Part shown: piece by piece, positions 35,917-46,189 of the stretch
How positions within the stretch are numbered: the stretch's first letter is position 1
Layout of the letters: each line of letters starts with the position of its first letter
Assembly (NCBI GenBank): GCA_030605565.1
Contig: JAUWIB010000089.1
Span: 12,197-76,196, forward strand
Direction: 5' to 3'
Origin: a bacterium
GTDB taxonomy: Bacteria > Zixibacteria > MSB-5A5 > GN15 > FEB-12
DNA length: 64,000 bases
The notes under the pieces: generated by a model
The model's input: only the letters and a program-made list of their open reading frames with translations
The model's database searches: none
Told to the model about the DNA's origin: nothing
Translations under genes and position numbers: made by a program

Positions 35917-36726
35917 TTACTGGCCGCCCAGGATGATCGGCAGGCCGTCTTTGCTGTCACCGATAATAATTATCTTCGTGTTGGGTGATTCGGCAATCTT
36001 GATGGTGGCCTCGATCCCTTTCCACTTCAACAGCGAGGGGGTGATACCGGTGGCGACGATTTTCTGGAAGTCGGCGATACCTTTCGCCTCGACCCGTTTG
36101 CGGTCGGCTTCCAGTTTCTCCTTCTCGATCTCGAACATCTTGCGCTGGGCTTCCTGGTCGGCGGTCAGTTTGAAGTTGATCGCCTCGGAAATCTTGGCCG
36201 GCAACTGGACGTCGCGGATCAGCACATTTTCGATTTCGAGGAACTTGTCTGACATGGCCTCCTGCATTTCCGTGACTATCGCAGCGGCCATCTCATCACG
36301 TTTGGTGGAGTAGATCTCTTCAGGTTTGTAGCGACCGGCCACAGCACGAGCTACCGTGCGGATCGACGGCGCGATAGCCACATTGTAGTAGTTTGGGCCG
36401 ATTGTAACCTGAAGCGAGTCAATATGCTGGGCCAGCGGTCTATACAGAATAGACACTTCCATGCGAATAGTGGCGCCATCGGACGACAGCACGACCAAGC
36501 CCTCTTTGTTCTCCTGAAGCTGGGTTTTGTACACGAATATGCTGTTCCACGGCAGGTGCCAATTGAACCCCTCCTGGTAGATCTTACCGAGTTCTGTTCC
36601 CCCGGCGAACTTGTAGTAGAAAACCCCGCGGTGCCCCGAGGGTACCTGGGTACCACAGCCGATCTGGCCGAGTGCAAACGCTGCAACCAGGATCAGTGGC
36701 AACAGGATGCGGTGAGTTTTTGACAT
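35917..36726 (-). CDS. SPFH/Band-7 (prohibitin-like) lipoprotein
   Basis: It has a lipobox (ALGQIGC). VPSGHRGVFYYKF...GFNWHLPWNSIFVY and the QEAQRK/EKEKLEADRKRVEA coiled region are typical of the SPFH family. Confidence 0.85.
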   Translation of the reverse strand: MSKTHRILLPLILVAAFALGQIGCGTQVPSGHRGVFYYKFAGGTELGKIYQEGFNWHLPWNSIFVYKTQLQENKEGLVVLSSDGATIRMEVSILYRPLAQHIDSLQVTIGPNYYNVAIAPSIRTVARAVAGRYKPEEIYSTKRDEMAAAIVTEMQEAMSDKFLEIENVLIRDVQLPAKISEAINFKLTADQEAQRKMFEIEKEKLEADRKRVEAKGIADFQKIVATGITPSLLKWKGIEATIKIAESPNTKIIIIGDSKDGLPIILGGQ

Positions 36727-36833
36727 AGAACCTCCTTGTTATTTTGTTGTTCTTCGATACTGTCTTATTCTCATTGCTACAAGTACCCGGCGGTTTTATT
36801 GATATTCAACAAAAATCGGAGACTGACTTTCCA

Positions 36834-36855
36834 CGGCAGATGTGGACATCTGCCG
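36834..36855. repeat. 22-bp perfect palindrome, family A
   Basis: ccacggcagatgtggacatctgccgggcac. It lies between the lipoprotein gene's 3' end and the SPFH gene's start. Confidence 0.9.
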
Positions 36856-36890
36856 GGCACGGAGCCCACAAGTTGCCGGGTTTGCAGCCG

Positions 36891-37904
36891 CTACTGTGTA
36901 TGATACGGCACACACCAGATACCGCCGGGGCGGTCGACAAACTGAAATTCAAAGAAACAGATGATATCCCAGGTGCAATCGGTGGCTGCCGGAGTTTGGA
37001 TGGTGTCCACATAGTGGGCGGAGTCCGGTCGATGCATCAGACGATAAACCGGGCCATCTTCGGTCTCGGCGGAGATAAACTGGTACACCGAATTGGCATA
37101 GGGTTCTGTCTCCTCATCAACAAACAGATGGTCACCTTTATGAACCCGACCGATCTCATCCAGTAACAAATAGCCCCGTTCGCTCTCGCCGACCATGGTA
37201 TCGAGTGTGACCGAATCCAGGCGATCATCATCTCCGTACCAACTTCTCGTCACGTACATCAGATACCGAAAATCCTGAAAGTGCAGCCCATCGCCTCGAA
37301 ACATCTCGCCGCCGGAGGGTGTGATTTCCATGTAAGCCTCGCGCGGTGTGCCGCCGTTGTAGCCGTGCATATGCCAGCCGCGATACGGCCTATCTTCGGA
37401 ACTGAACCTCAGGAAATAGGCAAACCTGTCCAGCACTCGCTGCTGATACTTGATCGAGGTGTCAGCCTCCTCGACCCGCTGGATACGAACATAAAAGACG
37501 TCACGCACCTGCACTTCGGCGTCGTCGACTATCCCAAACGGTTCACCGTGGTCTTTCTCCACCGTGTCCGCTGTGGTGGTAACATGAAAATGGCGAGTGG
37601 TGGAATCAAGCAGGTCACGGAAAACGGCGTCAGGATCAGTCGGTTTGGTGTACTGAAAGTCTCTGATCAGGCCTTCCGTCCGAAACAGTTCTCTTCCCTC
37701 GGTTGTTTCCTGGATATACCGGATCAATTCGTCGAAGTCATAGGTGTCATAGACGGTCGGCTTGCTGCCGCAACTCGTCTGAAGCAGAGCGACCACTGCG
37801 AAGCCGAGGACAGTAAGAAGAGAAGCCGCACTGACAACGCGCCGGCTGTTGGTAAGCGTGTTTTTTTTCATAACTGATTTCTGATGACGTCGAACGCGAA
37901 TCAC
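36891..37904 (-). CDS. Hypothetical lipoprotein
   Basis: The signal/lipobox [37 protein letters not shown] suggests the real start is the ATG at 37871. The track start at 37904 is a GTG overlapping the uvrB stop (GTGA). I did not recognise a family. Confidence 0.55.
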   Translation of the reverse strand: MIRVRRHQKSVMKKNTLTNSRRVVSAASLLTVLGFAVVALLQTSCGSKPTVYDTYDFDELIRYIQETTEGRELFRTEGLIRDFQYTKPTDPDAVFRDLLDSTTRHFHVTTTADTVEKDHGEPFGIVDDAEVQVRDVFYVRIQRVEEADTSIKYQQRVLDRFAYFLRFSSEDRPYRGWHMHGYNGGTPREAYMEITPSGGEMFRGDGLHFQDFRYLMYVTRSWYGDDDRLDSVTLDTMVGESERGYLLLDEIGRVHKGDHLFVDEETEPYANSVYQFISAETEDGPVYRLMHRPDSAHYVDTIQTPAATDCTWDIICFFEFQFVDRPGGIWCVPYHTQ

Positions 37905-39958
37905 TTGCGCCGACGTTTCTTTTTCATCTCATCCTTTATACGTGCGATCTCGTCGCGAAGCAGAACGGCTGTCTCGAAATCGAGGTTGTCCGCCGCTTTC
38001 TTCATCGCCTTCATCATGAATCCCATCTGATCCTCCCGGCTCATCTGCGCGAAGTTGGACGGCTTGTCGAAAGTTTCCTCCTCCACCGTCCTGGTGTCGG
38101 CAAACTGGGTGGAGCGCAGGATCTCGTCGCGTGTCTTGAAGATAGTCTCCGGATTGATATTATGTTCCTGGTTATAGGCAAGCTGTTTCTTGCGGCGCCG
38201 GTCGGTCTCGTCGATAGCCTTGCGCATGGAATCGGTGATCCTGTCAGCGTAGAAAATGACCTCGCCGTTCTTGTTGCGCGCCGCCCGGCCCGCCGTCTGA
38301 ATCAGCGCACGCGCCGAACGAAGGAAACCTTCCTTGTCGGCGTCGAGAATCGCCACCAGCGACACCTCCGGCAGATCGAGACCCTCACGCAGCAAGTTCA
38401 CGCCGATCAACACGTCGAACGCAGCCAGACGCAGGTCCCGAATGATCTCGGTGCGGTCTATGGAAGCGATCTCGCTATGCAGGTATCGCACGCGCACCCC
38501 GGCTTTGCTGACATAATCGGTCAGTTCCTCGGACATGCGCTTGGTCAGCGTGGTCACCAACACCCGTTCACCTTTGGCCCGGCGCAGCTTGATCTGCTCC
38601 AGAAGATCGTCGACCTGTGTCCCCAGCGGCTTGACAGTGACAATCGGGTCCAACAGCCCGGTCGGTCGGATCACCTGTTCGACGATGACGCCTTCACATT
38701 TCTCCAGTTCATAATCGGCGGGCGTGGCTGAGACGAAAATGCGGTGCTTGATCAGGTTCTCGAACTCCTCGAAATACAGCGGCCGATTGTCCAAAGCCGA
38801 TGGCAACCGGAACCCATGCGCCACCAGCACTTCCTTGCGGCTGCGGTCACCATGATACATCCCTCTGACTTGTGGGATAGTCTGATGTGACTCGTCGATT
38901 ATGGTTAGGAAGTCATCGCCGAGAAAATCGATCAGCGTAAACGGCCGCTCACCCTCCTTCCGATTGGTGAGATGCCGCGAGTAGTTTTCGATCCCCGTGC
39001 AATAGCCTAATTCACGCAGCATCTCCAGGTCGTACTTCGTTCGCATCTCCAGCCGCTGTGCTTCCAGAAGCGAGTTGTTGGCGCGAAATTCCTCAAGACG
39101 CACGGCCAGTTCTTCTTCGATCAATTTGATCGCAACGTTGAGTTGTGGTCGACTGGTGATAAAGTGTTTCGCAGGGTAGACCGCCAGCTTTCTGCGGTCG
39201 GACAGGATTTCGCCGGTCAACGGATTGATCTCACTGATGCGCTCGATCTCGTCACCGAAGAACTCAATGCGGTACGCGTTCTCGTGGTAGGCGGGGATCA
39301 ACTCGATAGTGTCGCCGCGCACCCTGAAATTGCCGCGACTGAAATCGATATCGTTGCGATTGTAATGAATGTCGATCAGTTTACGAATCACCTCGTCACG
39401 GTCCCGTTCCTCACCGACATCCAGAAGCATGAACTGCCGCTTGTATTCCTCCGGCGAGCCGAGACCATAGATGCACGAAACGGAGGCCACGATAATGACG
39501 TCGTCGCGATCCAGCAGCGAGGCCGTGGCGCGCAGGCGCAACCTGTCGATATCTTCGTTGACCGCCGTGTCCTTCTCGATAAAGGTGTCGGTGGTCGGGA
39601 GGTATGCTTCCGGCTGATAGTAGTCGTAGTAGCTGATGAAAAACTCGACGGCGTTGTTGGGGAAGAAGGCCTTGAGTTCACCGAACAATTGCGCCGCCAG
39701 GGTCTTGTTGTGCGACAGCACCAGCGCCTTGCGGCCCCACCGCTGGATGACGTTGGCAATGGTGAACGTTTTGCCGGAACCGGTGACACCCAGCAGCGTC
39801 TGATGTTTGCGGTCAGAGCGCAGTCCCTCGACCAATTCGGCAATCGCCTGCGGCTGGTCCCCTTTTGGGGCGAAGGTCGATTGCAACTGGAAGACACCGG
39901 GAGCGTCGGTTTCTTTAGGCGCTTCGGGTCGTTGGTTTATTTGATCAGTCAGACTCAT
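37901..39958 (-). CDS. uvrB: Excinuclease ABC subunit B
   Basis: [15 protein letters not shown] is present, along with helicase motifs ([22 protein letters not shown]) and the C-terminal UVR domain ([15 protein letters not shown]). Confidence 0.97.
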   Translation of the reverse strand: MSLTDQINQRPEAPKETDAPGVFQLQSTFAPKGDQPQAIAELVEGLRSDRKHQTLLGVTGSGKTFTIANVIQRWGRKALVLSHNKTLAAQLFGELKAFFPNNAVEFFISYYDYYQPEAYLPTTDTFIEKDTAVNEDIDRLRLRATASLLDRDDVIIVASVSCIYGLGSPEEYKRQFMLLDVGEERDRDEVIRKLIDIHYNRNDIDFSRGNFRVRGDTIELIPAYHENAYRIEFFGDEIERISEINPLTGEILSDRRKLAVYPAKHFITSRPQLNVAIKLIEEELAVRLEEFRANNSLLEAQRLEMRTKYDLEMLRELGYCTGIENYSRHLTNRKEGERPFTLIDFLGDDFLTIIDESHQTIPQVRGMYHGDRSRKEVLVAHGFRLPSALDNRPLYFEEFENLIKHRIFVSATPADYELEKCEGVIVEQVIRPTGLLDPIVTVKPLGTQVDDLLEQIKLRRAKGERVLVTTLTKRMSEELTDYVSKAGVRVRYLHSEIASIDRTEIIRDLRLAAFDVLIGVNLLREGLDLPEVSLVAILDADKEGFLRSARALIQTAGRAARNKNGEVIFYADRITDSMRKAIDETDRRRKKQLAYNQEHNINPETIFKTRDEILRSTQFADTRTVEEETFDKPSNFAQMSREDQMGFMMKAMKKAADNLDFETAVLLRDEIARIKDEMKKKRRRK

Positions 39959-40103
39959 CCACCTCTTAAAACGTGTAACCTTTTAATATATCCAAAAGTT
40001 TCCCAACAGCAATGACAAACAGGCAGGCAAGCCTGTTCTTCGCGCTCCGCGCGTCAAGTACATCTCACTGAACGGTAAACTTCACCTTCGCGGCAAACCT
40101 CAC

Positions 40104-40179
40104 GCTGAGCGGAGTCGAAGGATAAGCTATGTCCGGTAGATCGAAACCCCGATCCGAAGGACTGCCGGCGGGTTTCGAC
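40104..40179. repeat. Family C element (inverted orientation, expanded)
   Basis: gctgagcggagtcgaagg...tcgaaaccccgatccgaaggactgccggcgggtttcgac. Confidence 0.75.
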
Positions 40180-40336
40180 AAAGAGTCACGCATACACTTT
40201 TCCGTCATTCTAGCGAAAGCCGTAATCCAGTTCTGTAGAAGGGACGCACAGCAAGCTATATAGCACACGGTTCTGCCACCTTGTGTGTTGCGGAGGTTGT
40301 TCTGTCAGGAGTCGGAGGGCGACCTGCTATCGTGCG

Positions 40337-40358
40337 CGGCAGATGTCCACATCTGCCG
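40337..40358. repeat. 22-bp perfect palindrome, family A (flanks show inverted orientation)
   Basis: cggcagatgtccacatctgccg. The reverse complement restores the ccacgcggcagatgtggacatctgccgcgcac context. Confidence 0.9.
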
Positions 40359-40415
40359 CGTGGATTGAGACAGCCACCCGATGGCGGATCAGACGCCCGT
40401 GCGTGTTCTATACAA

Positions 40416-41339
40416 TCACGAAGGCACTACCGGCCTGGATGCCTCCTCTTTCCGTTCGCGGTAGAGTTGACCGATTTCGGCCCCTATGATAAACACGATG
40501 GCCGTGTAGTATATCCAAAATCCGACGGCCAGAAAGAGCGCGTAGGCGCCATAGATTCGCTTGAGGGTCACGAAGTGCGACACATAATAACCAAACGCCT
40601 GCTGAGCCACTTGCCACAACAGAGCGGCCGAGAGGGCGCTCACCAGGATCATCTTGAAGTGGGGTCGCTGATGGGGAACGGCCAAATAAACTATCATAAA
40701 GCTGGTAAAGATCAGCAGGAACGAAAGCAGGTGCAGGACCAAACCCTCGGGGAGCCACTGGACGAGAGTGTTCACGGTCTCGTGTTTGAAAGTAAATCGT
40801 TCCATGAGTCGAATGGCGGGGATGATGGCGGTGGACAAAAGGAAATAAATCAGAACCAGGACAATCAGTCCCAAATCGCGCAGTTTGCTGAGCAGGATCG
40901 ATTCGTGCGGGGTAATATTGTACACTCTGTTGAGAGTCGTGCGCATGCTGCTGAAAAGGGAGGTGGCGGCCAGGAGCAAGCCGGTGACACCGATCACACC
41001 GGCCAGACGCTGGTGTCCGACAAACTCGTCGACACGAGCAAACACCATTTCTTTAACCGCCTCGGCATAGTCGGCATACGGAATGGCGTGTTCGATAAAG
41101 GTGGCGATCTGATCCTGAAGCGTCGGCTGCTGCAGCACCATGCCCAATGCGGAGAATACAATCAGCACCAGCGGAATACTGCATACTACCAGCGAGAAGG
41201 CCAGCCCGCTGGCCATAAGAAAAATATGATGCTCGTCAACGCGGTTGTACAGGCCGCCCAGATAGTGTGACAAGAAGGCTCTGGTACCTCGCCACCACAC
41301 CCTCAGATGCGCAAGAGTTCGTAGTCGAGATACCATCAC
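40416..41339 (-). CDS. yihY: YihY/BrkB-family inner membrane protein
   Basis: ASGLAFSLVVCSIPLVLIVFS and GAYALFLAVGFWIYYTAIVFIIGAEI are present with six TM segments. The 329-aa plus-strand ORF opposite is a shadow frame. Confidence 0.85.
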   Translation of the reverse strand: MMVSRLRTLAHLRVWWRGTRAFLSHYLGGLYNRVDEHHIFLMASGLAFSLVVCSIPLVLIVFSALGMVLQQPTLQDQIATFIEHAIPYADYAEAVKEMVFARVDEFVGHQRLAGVIGVTGLLLAATSLFSSMRTTLNRVYNITPHESILLSKLRDLGLIVLVLIYFLLSTAIIPAIRLMERFTFKHETVNTLVQWLPEGLVLHLLSFLLIFTSFMIVYLAVPHQRPHFKMILVSALSAALLWQVAQQAFGYYVSHFVTLKRIYGAYALFLAVGFWIYYTAIVFIIGAEIGQLYRERKEEASRPVVPS

Positions 41340-41505
41340 AGGTTGTTGCCTTTGCCGACCATCACTGAGTTCACATACTCAGCTTTTGGGATTGCGCCTG
41401 ATTTGTCAAGAAGTTTGTTCGGTAATATACATTCTATTGCATTGCAGAGTGGAATACACTCATCATCTAACTTGCCACAAACGGAATAATGACTAAATTA
41501 GGCGC

Positions 41506-42468
41506 ATGTGTCTGTGCAAACGAACCGCTGTTGTCTTGTGTCTCGTTCTGACCGGTCTGAGTTTATCGGCCGCCGAGCCGCAGCCTGTCCAGCGAGAGCA
41601 CTTCACCTTCTATTTCGATAATCCTCGGTATATCGACGCCGCTGACTCGGTGCTGACCCAGACCCGGCGCCGTCTGGCCGAACTACTGGACGACAGCCTC
41701 AGTTACAGACCTTCGATCTACCTGGTGGAGGATATTAAGCAGTTCAAGAAGTTGATCCGGGGACGTTTCCCCGACTGGGGTGCGGCGGCGGCTTTTTCCC
41801 AGCGGCAGTTGATCGCTATCAAGTCTCCGGACAAGTTCAATCTCGGCAAGTCTCTTGATGAATTGTTGGCCCACGAATACACGCACCTGGTAGTGAGTCA
41901 TAAGACCGGATTTCACGAGGCGCCGCGTTGGTTCCATGAGGGGATGGCTATGTTTGTTTCCATGGAGTGGAGATTCTCTGATAATCTGGCCATGAACCGG
42001 GCGGCGATCTTCGGGGATTTCCTGTCGTTTCGCGATATTGAAAACATGAATCGTTTCGGCGAGGGCAAAGCCCATGTGGCCTACGCGCAGTCATACCTGG
42101 CGGTCAAGTACATCTATGACAACTACGGCCGGAAATCACTGGCGGTACTACTTGACGAACTCTCGCAAGGGAAGAACCTCAGAGCCGCCATGCTGGCTTC
42201 CACCGGCGCTACGATGCCGGAATTTGAAAACGAGTTCCACGAATACCTGACCAAACGTTTTAACATAATGACGCTCTTTATGGACACCATGTTCTTCTGG
42301 CTGGGGCTGGCGATGATAGTTATCATCGCGACATTCCTTCGCTATCGCAAGCGCCGTAAGTACTATAAGCAGTGGGAAGAGGAGGAGAAGCTCCACTCGA
42401 CCGACTTCGACTACGGTGACCCCGACAACCCGGAACAGACCGATGATGATGAACCATGGCGAAGCTAA
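41506..42468 (+). CDS. Putative zinc metallopeptidase (HExxH, MA-clan-like) with C-terminal TM anchor
   Basis: It has a signal peptide, LLAHEYTHLVV (HExxH) with a downstream WFHEGMAMF, and a C-terminal TM segment (FFWLGLAMIVIIATFL) followed by an acidic tail. Confidence 0.55.
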   Translation: MCLCKRTAVVLCLVLTGLSLSAAEPQPVQREHFTFYFDNPRYIDAADSVLTQTRRRLAELLDDSLSYRPSIYLVEDIKQFKKLIRGRFPDWGAAAAFSQRQLIAIKSPDKFNLGKSLDELLAHEYTHLVVSHKTGFHEAPRWFHEGMAMFVSMEWRFSDNLAMNRAAIFGDFLSFRDIENMNRFGEGKAHVAYAQSYLAVKYIYDNYGRKSLAVLLDELSQGKNLRAAMLASTGATMPEFENEFHEYLTKRFNIMTLFMDTMFFWLGLAMIVIIATFLRYRKRRKYYKQWEEEEKLHSTDFDYGDPDNPEQTDDDEPWRS

Positions 42469-43334
42469 GCCATGAAATCGAATATCTGTTTACGCTGCTT
42501 GGCGTCAGACTTGCTCAGGCGATGCCGCCTGGTCTGGCCGACTCGTTCGGCGCTACGTTAGGATCGCTGGTGCACTTTGCGCTGGCTTCCCGACGACGGA
42601 TTACGAATGACAACCTCGTGCGCGCGCTGGGTGAAAGCCTGTCCGATACTGAACGCACGTTGATCGTGAAGAATGTGTTTCGGAACACCGGACGAACCTT
42701 GATCGAGTTTGCGCGTATTGGTCGGACTATTAAGGGCGGGCTGGAAGAGATCATCGTCGGGGATGGACTGGATCACTTGAAAGAAGTGCATGACAAAGGT
42801 AAGGGGGGGATCGTTGTGACGGCTCATTTCGGCAGTTTTGAACTGTTCGGCGCCTGGGTCGGAACGCGTGGCTATCCCATGGACTTCCTGACCGGCGTGC
42901 AGCACAATCAGAAAGTAAACAATCTCCTGAACGGTTTTCGTCGGGAGATCGGGGTCGGCCTGGTTTCGATCGATCGGACACTGAGACCGGTTTTCAAGGC
43001 CCTTCGGGCCAACCGCCTTATTGGGTTGATCGCTGACCAGCACGCGCCGTCCGGGGTGGTGGTCGATTTCTTCGGACGTCCGGCGGCCACGCCAAAAGGG
43101 CCGGCGGCCTTTGCTGTCAAGGCAAAGGCGCCGATTCTGCCGTTTGTCATGCGACGCGAGCGGTACAATCGCCATGTGGTCATGGCCGGTGATCCCATCT
43201 ACCCGCCCGCGAGTGGAGACAGCGAACGCGATATCCTCACTATGACAGCCGCTTATACTCGTTTCTTCGAGGACTGTATCCGCGAGTATCCGGACCAATG
43301 GCTCTGGACGCACCGTCGCTGGAAAGTCGACTGA
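42456..43334 (+). CDS. LpxL/HtrB-family lysophospholipid/lipid A acyltransferase
   Basis: GGIVVTAHFGSFE, LIADQH and YPDQWLWTHRRWK are typical of Lip_A_acyltrans. It overlaps the upstream gene by 13 nt. Confidence 0.8.
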   Translation: MAKLSHEIEYLFTLLGVRLAQAMPPGLADSFGATLGSLVHFALASRRRITNDNLVRALGESLSDTERTLIVKNVFRNTGRTLIEFARIGRTIKGGLEEIIVGDGLDHLKEVHDKGKGGIVVTAHFGSFELFGAWVGTRGYPMDFLTGVQHNQKVNNLLNGFRREIGVGLVSIDRTLRPVFKALRANRLIGLIADQHAPSGVVVDFFGRPAATPKGPAAFAVKAKAPILPFVMRRERYNRHVVMAGDPIYPPASGDSERDILTMTAAYTRFFEDCIREYPDQWLWTHRRWKVD

Positions 43335-43461
43335 GTCCGTTGCGCCCAAGCGCAACTTTGCGTACCTTCGAGAGTACATAGTTATGTCGGTCGGGTGCGA
43401 TTGCTGCCATCAGCAGCCTGAATGTCGACAGAACAAAACCGATTTTTTGGCGAGGATTTGG

Positions 43462-44715
43462 ATGAAGAAATATGTCTATATCGGTATCGTTATCGTGGTC
43501 GTGCTGGGTGGGTACTATGGTGTTAACGCCATCTTTTCTACCGGCGTCGACATTCCCACGACTTTCGTTACGCACGGCGAATTCGTCATAGCCCAAAATG
43601 CCAACGGTACGGTCGACGCCAAACGCGCCTACACGCTCAGCGCCCCGCGCATCCGCGGCTTGCAGATAACCTGGCTGGCCCCGGAAGGTTCCACCGTGGC
43701 CGAGGGTGACCCGGTGATAAAATTCGACGCTTCCCAACAGACAGCCAAGGTGACCGATCACCGGTCCGAATTCAAGATCAAGAAATCGGCTCTGGAACGG
43801 GCCAAGAAGGAATACACTATTCAGGAAAAGCAACTCCGACTCAATCTGGAGAAAGCACGCCGCAATTACGATGAGAAGAAGCATGACGCACCCCGTATCG
43901 CCCGTGAAGCGGAGATGGAAAAGGAACTGGCCGAACTTAATTTCGATGCTAAGCTTGACCAGTTAAAAGGTGATGTCGAGAAAGCCGAAGTGGAAGTGCA
44001 ACGGGCGCAGGACAACCTTGATCAGGCCCAGAAGGAACTTGACCAGTTGACAATCACCGCGCCTATTCCGGGTTTGGTTGTCTACCTTGAGATTTGGAAG
44101 GGAAGCGGCATGAGCAAGGTTCAGGAAGGAGACTCCCCCTGGCCCGGGATGGGGTTGGTCAAACTGCCGGACCTTACCGAGATGATCGTCAACAGCATGG
44201 TGTCGGAGGTCGACGCCTTTAAGGTCGATTCCGGCCAGGAAGTGGTGGTGACACTCGACGCTTTGCCGGACAAGAAATACGCAGGCCTGGTATCGAAGAA
44301 AGGCACTCTGGCGCACAAGAAAGAGTTCGGCTCCAAGATCAATGTTTTCGATGTTGAAATAGCCATCCTCGATCACGACGAGAATCTGAAGCCGGGGATG
44401 TCGGCCTCTTGTGACGTTATTATTGAGCGGATTCCAGATGTGGTATCGGTGTCGCTGGAGGCAGTCTTTGAGGAAGAGGGACAGACGGTAGTCTATCTTG
44501 GCAACAAGAAGAAACGGGAAGTCGAGGTAGGACGTCGTAACGATGTGGCCATTGAGATTCTCTCCGGGCTGGAAGGCGGCGATGAGGTCTGTCTGCTGAA
44601 CCCGACTTTGGATAAGCAGGGATTGCCCGGCGACAAAGCGACCGAGCCGGAACTGAACAAGGGTCGCATGTCGAAGCCGCCGGCTGGCGGTCGTCGCGGA
44701 CGAAAAGGGAATTGA
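43462..44715 (+). CDS. HlyD/MacA-family efflux periplasmic adaptor
   Basis: There is an N-terminal TM segment (MKKYVYIGIVIVVVLGGYY), a long coiled-coil hairpin, ITAPIPGLVVY and beta-barrel/MP domains. The ATG at 43462 has GAGGA upstream. The track ORF starts at 43384. Confidence 0.85.
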   Translation: MKKYVYIGIVIVVVLGGYYGVNAIFSTGVDIPTTFVTHGEFVIAQNANGTVDAKRAYTLSAPRIRGLQITWLAPEGSTVAEGDPVIKFDASQQTAKVTDHRSEFKIKKSALERAKKEYTIQEKQLRLNLEKARRNYDEKKHDAPRIAREAEMEKELAELNFDAKLDQLKGDVEKAEVEVQRAQDNLDQAQKELDQLTITAPIPGLVVYLEIWKGSGMSKVQEGDSPWPGMGLVKLPDLTEMIVNSMVSEVDAFKVDSGQEVVVTLDALPDKKYAGLVSKKGTLAHKKEFGSKINVFDVEIAILDHDENLKPGMSASCDVIIERIPDVVSVSLEAVFEEEGQTVVYLGNKKKREVEVGRRNDVAIEILSGLEGGDEVCLLNPTLDKQGLPGDKATEPELNKGRMSKPPAGGRRGRKGN

Positions 44716-44734
44716 GGCTGGGTGAACCGCTCTG

Positions 44735-46042
44735 ATGAAGTACTCGCGCGTTTCCCAAATATCGTTTGACTCTCTCCGAGAGCACAAAATGCGGACGTCG
44801 CTCACTATGTTAGGCGTGATTTTCGGCGTGGGGGCGGTGATCGCCATGCTCTCAATCGGTGAGGGAGCCAAGCGGGAGGCGCTGGAGCAGATATCGATCC
44901 TTGGCATCAACAATATCATCATCAATGCCAAGGCGCCGGATCAGGAACTCAGTTCCGACCAGGGGCTGGCCCGCTCGCAAGGTCTGTCGTTAGCTGATGG
45001 AGAAAACATCGCGTCCTTTACCGAGTTGGTCGACAATGTCGTGCCGCAACGGTTCGAAGCAGCCCAGAAGGTTTACTACGGGTCGGAGGAGGCGCCGGTG
45101 AGGGTGGTGTCGACGTACCCCATCTTTGTGGAATCGTCATCTATCGAGGTTGAGTACGGTCGGTTCATAACTGATTCCGATATCGATTGTTTTGCCCAGG
45201 TGTGTGTGCTGGGGGCCAAGGCCAAACGGGCTTTGTTCGCCTTTGAAAATCCACTGGGAAAACCTGTCAGAATCGACGACCTCAACTTCACCGTGGTTGG
45301 AGTAATGGCGGACAAATATATCGCTCGCGGTAAAGTAGAGGGGTTTGAATTGAAGAACTTCAATGAGGACGTCTACATCCCGTTTACCACTGCTGTCAAG
45401 AAACTCAATCGCCATTTCGCCGGCCAGAAGAGCTTCGGCGGCGGCGGCTTCTATGTGTCCATCAGCACTTCCGACGATCAGAAATTCAACACTCCCGAAA
45501 TCGACCAGCTTACGGTAACAGTGACCGATCTTAAGCATGTTGCCACCGTCACCAAACTGGTGGCTCGACTATTGGAGCGTCGCCATGCCGGAGTGGAGGA
45601 TTACGAGGTGGTGGTGCCGGAATCTTTACTGAGGCAGTCGCAAAAAACGCAGCGGATTTTCAATATCGTCATGGGGGCTATCGCCGGGATTTCACTGCTG
45701 GTCGGCGGCATCGGTATCATGAACATCATGCTGGCGACGGTGCTGGAGCGAACGCGCGAGATCGGGGTCAGGCGGGCGGTCGGCGCCACCCAAAACGATA
45801 TCATGCGGCAGTTCCTGGTCGAGGCGGTGACGATCTGTATGATCGGTTGTGTCATTGGACTGGCCACCGGTCTGATACTGGCCAGGACCATATCCTACTA
45901 CGCCGACTGGCCGACGGTGGTGTCGGCTTATTCGATCGTGCTGGCGGTGGGTGTGTCGACCACAGTTGGAATAGTGTTCGGTTTGTACCCGGCGCGCAAG
46001 GCAGCGAGACTGGACCCGATTGAGGCATTGAGGCATGAGTAG
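44735..46042 (+). CDS. MacB-type ABC transporter permease (MacB_PCD plus FtsX domain), no fused ATPase
   Basis: LREHKMRTSLTMLGVIFGVGAVIAM, a large periplasmic domain and RTREIGVRRAVGATQNDIMRQFLVEAV are present. No Walker motifs occur in this protein. Confidence 0.85.
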   Translation: MKYSRVSQISFDSLREHKMRTSLTMLGVIFGVGAVIAMLSIGEGAKREALEQISILGINNIIINAKAPDQELSSDQGLARSQGLSLADGENIASFTELVDNVVPQRFEAAQKVYYGSEEAPVRVVSTYPIFVESSSIEVEYGRFITDSDIDCFAQVCVLGAKAKRALFAFENPLGKPVRIDDLNFTVVGVMADKYIARGKVEGFELKNFNEDVYIPFTTAVKKLNRHFAGQKSFGGGGFYVSISTSDDQKFNTPEIDQLTVTVTDLKHVATVTKLVARLLERRHAGVEDYEVVVPESLLRQSQKTQRIFNIVMGAIAGISLLVGGIGIMNIMLATVLERTREIGVRRAVGATQNDIMRQFLVEAVTICMIGCVIGLATGLILARTISYYADWPTVVSAYSIVLAVGVSTTVGIVFGLYPARKAARLDPIEALRHE

Positions 46043-46189
46043 GGTGGGTCGGTTGGTTGGGGGAGAATCGGCGGCATCGCAGGGTTCCGTTCTGAAAGCC
46101 TGCATTTCGCGGTGCACGAGGACGTACACCGCGCACAGATAGTGTTTTGGCGGCGATGATGTTGAAAGCATATGAAGGAGCAAGGCGAT

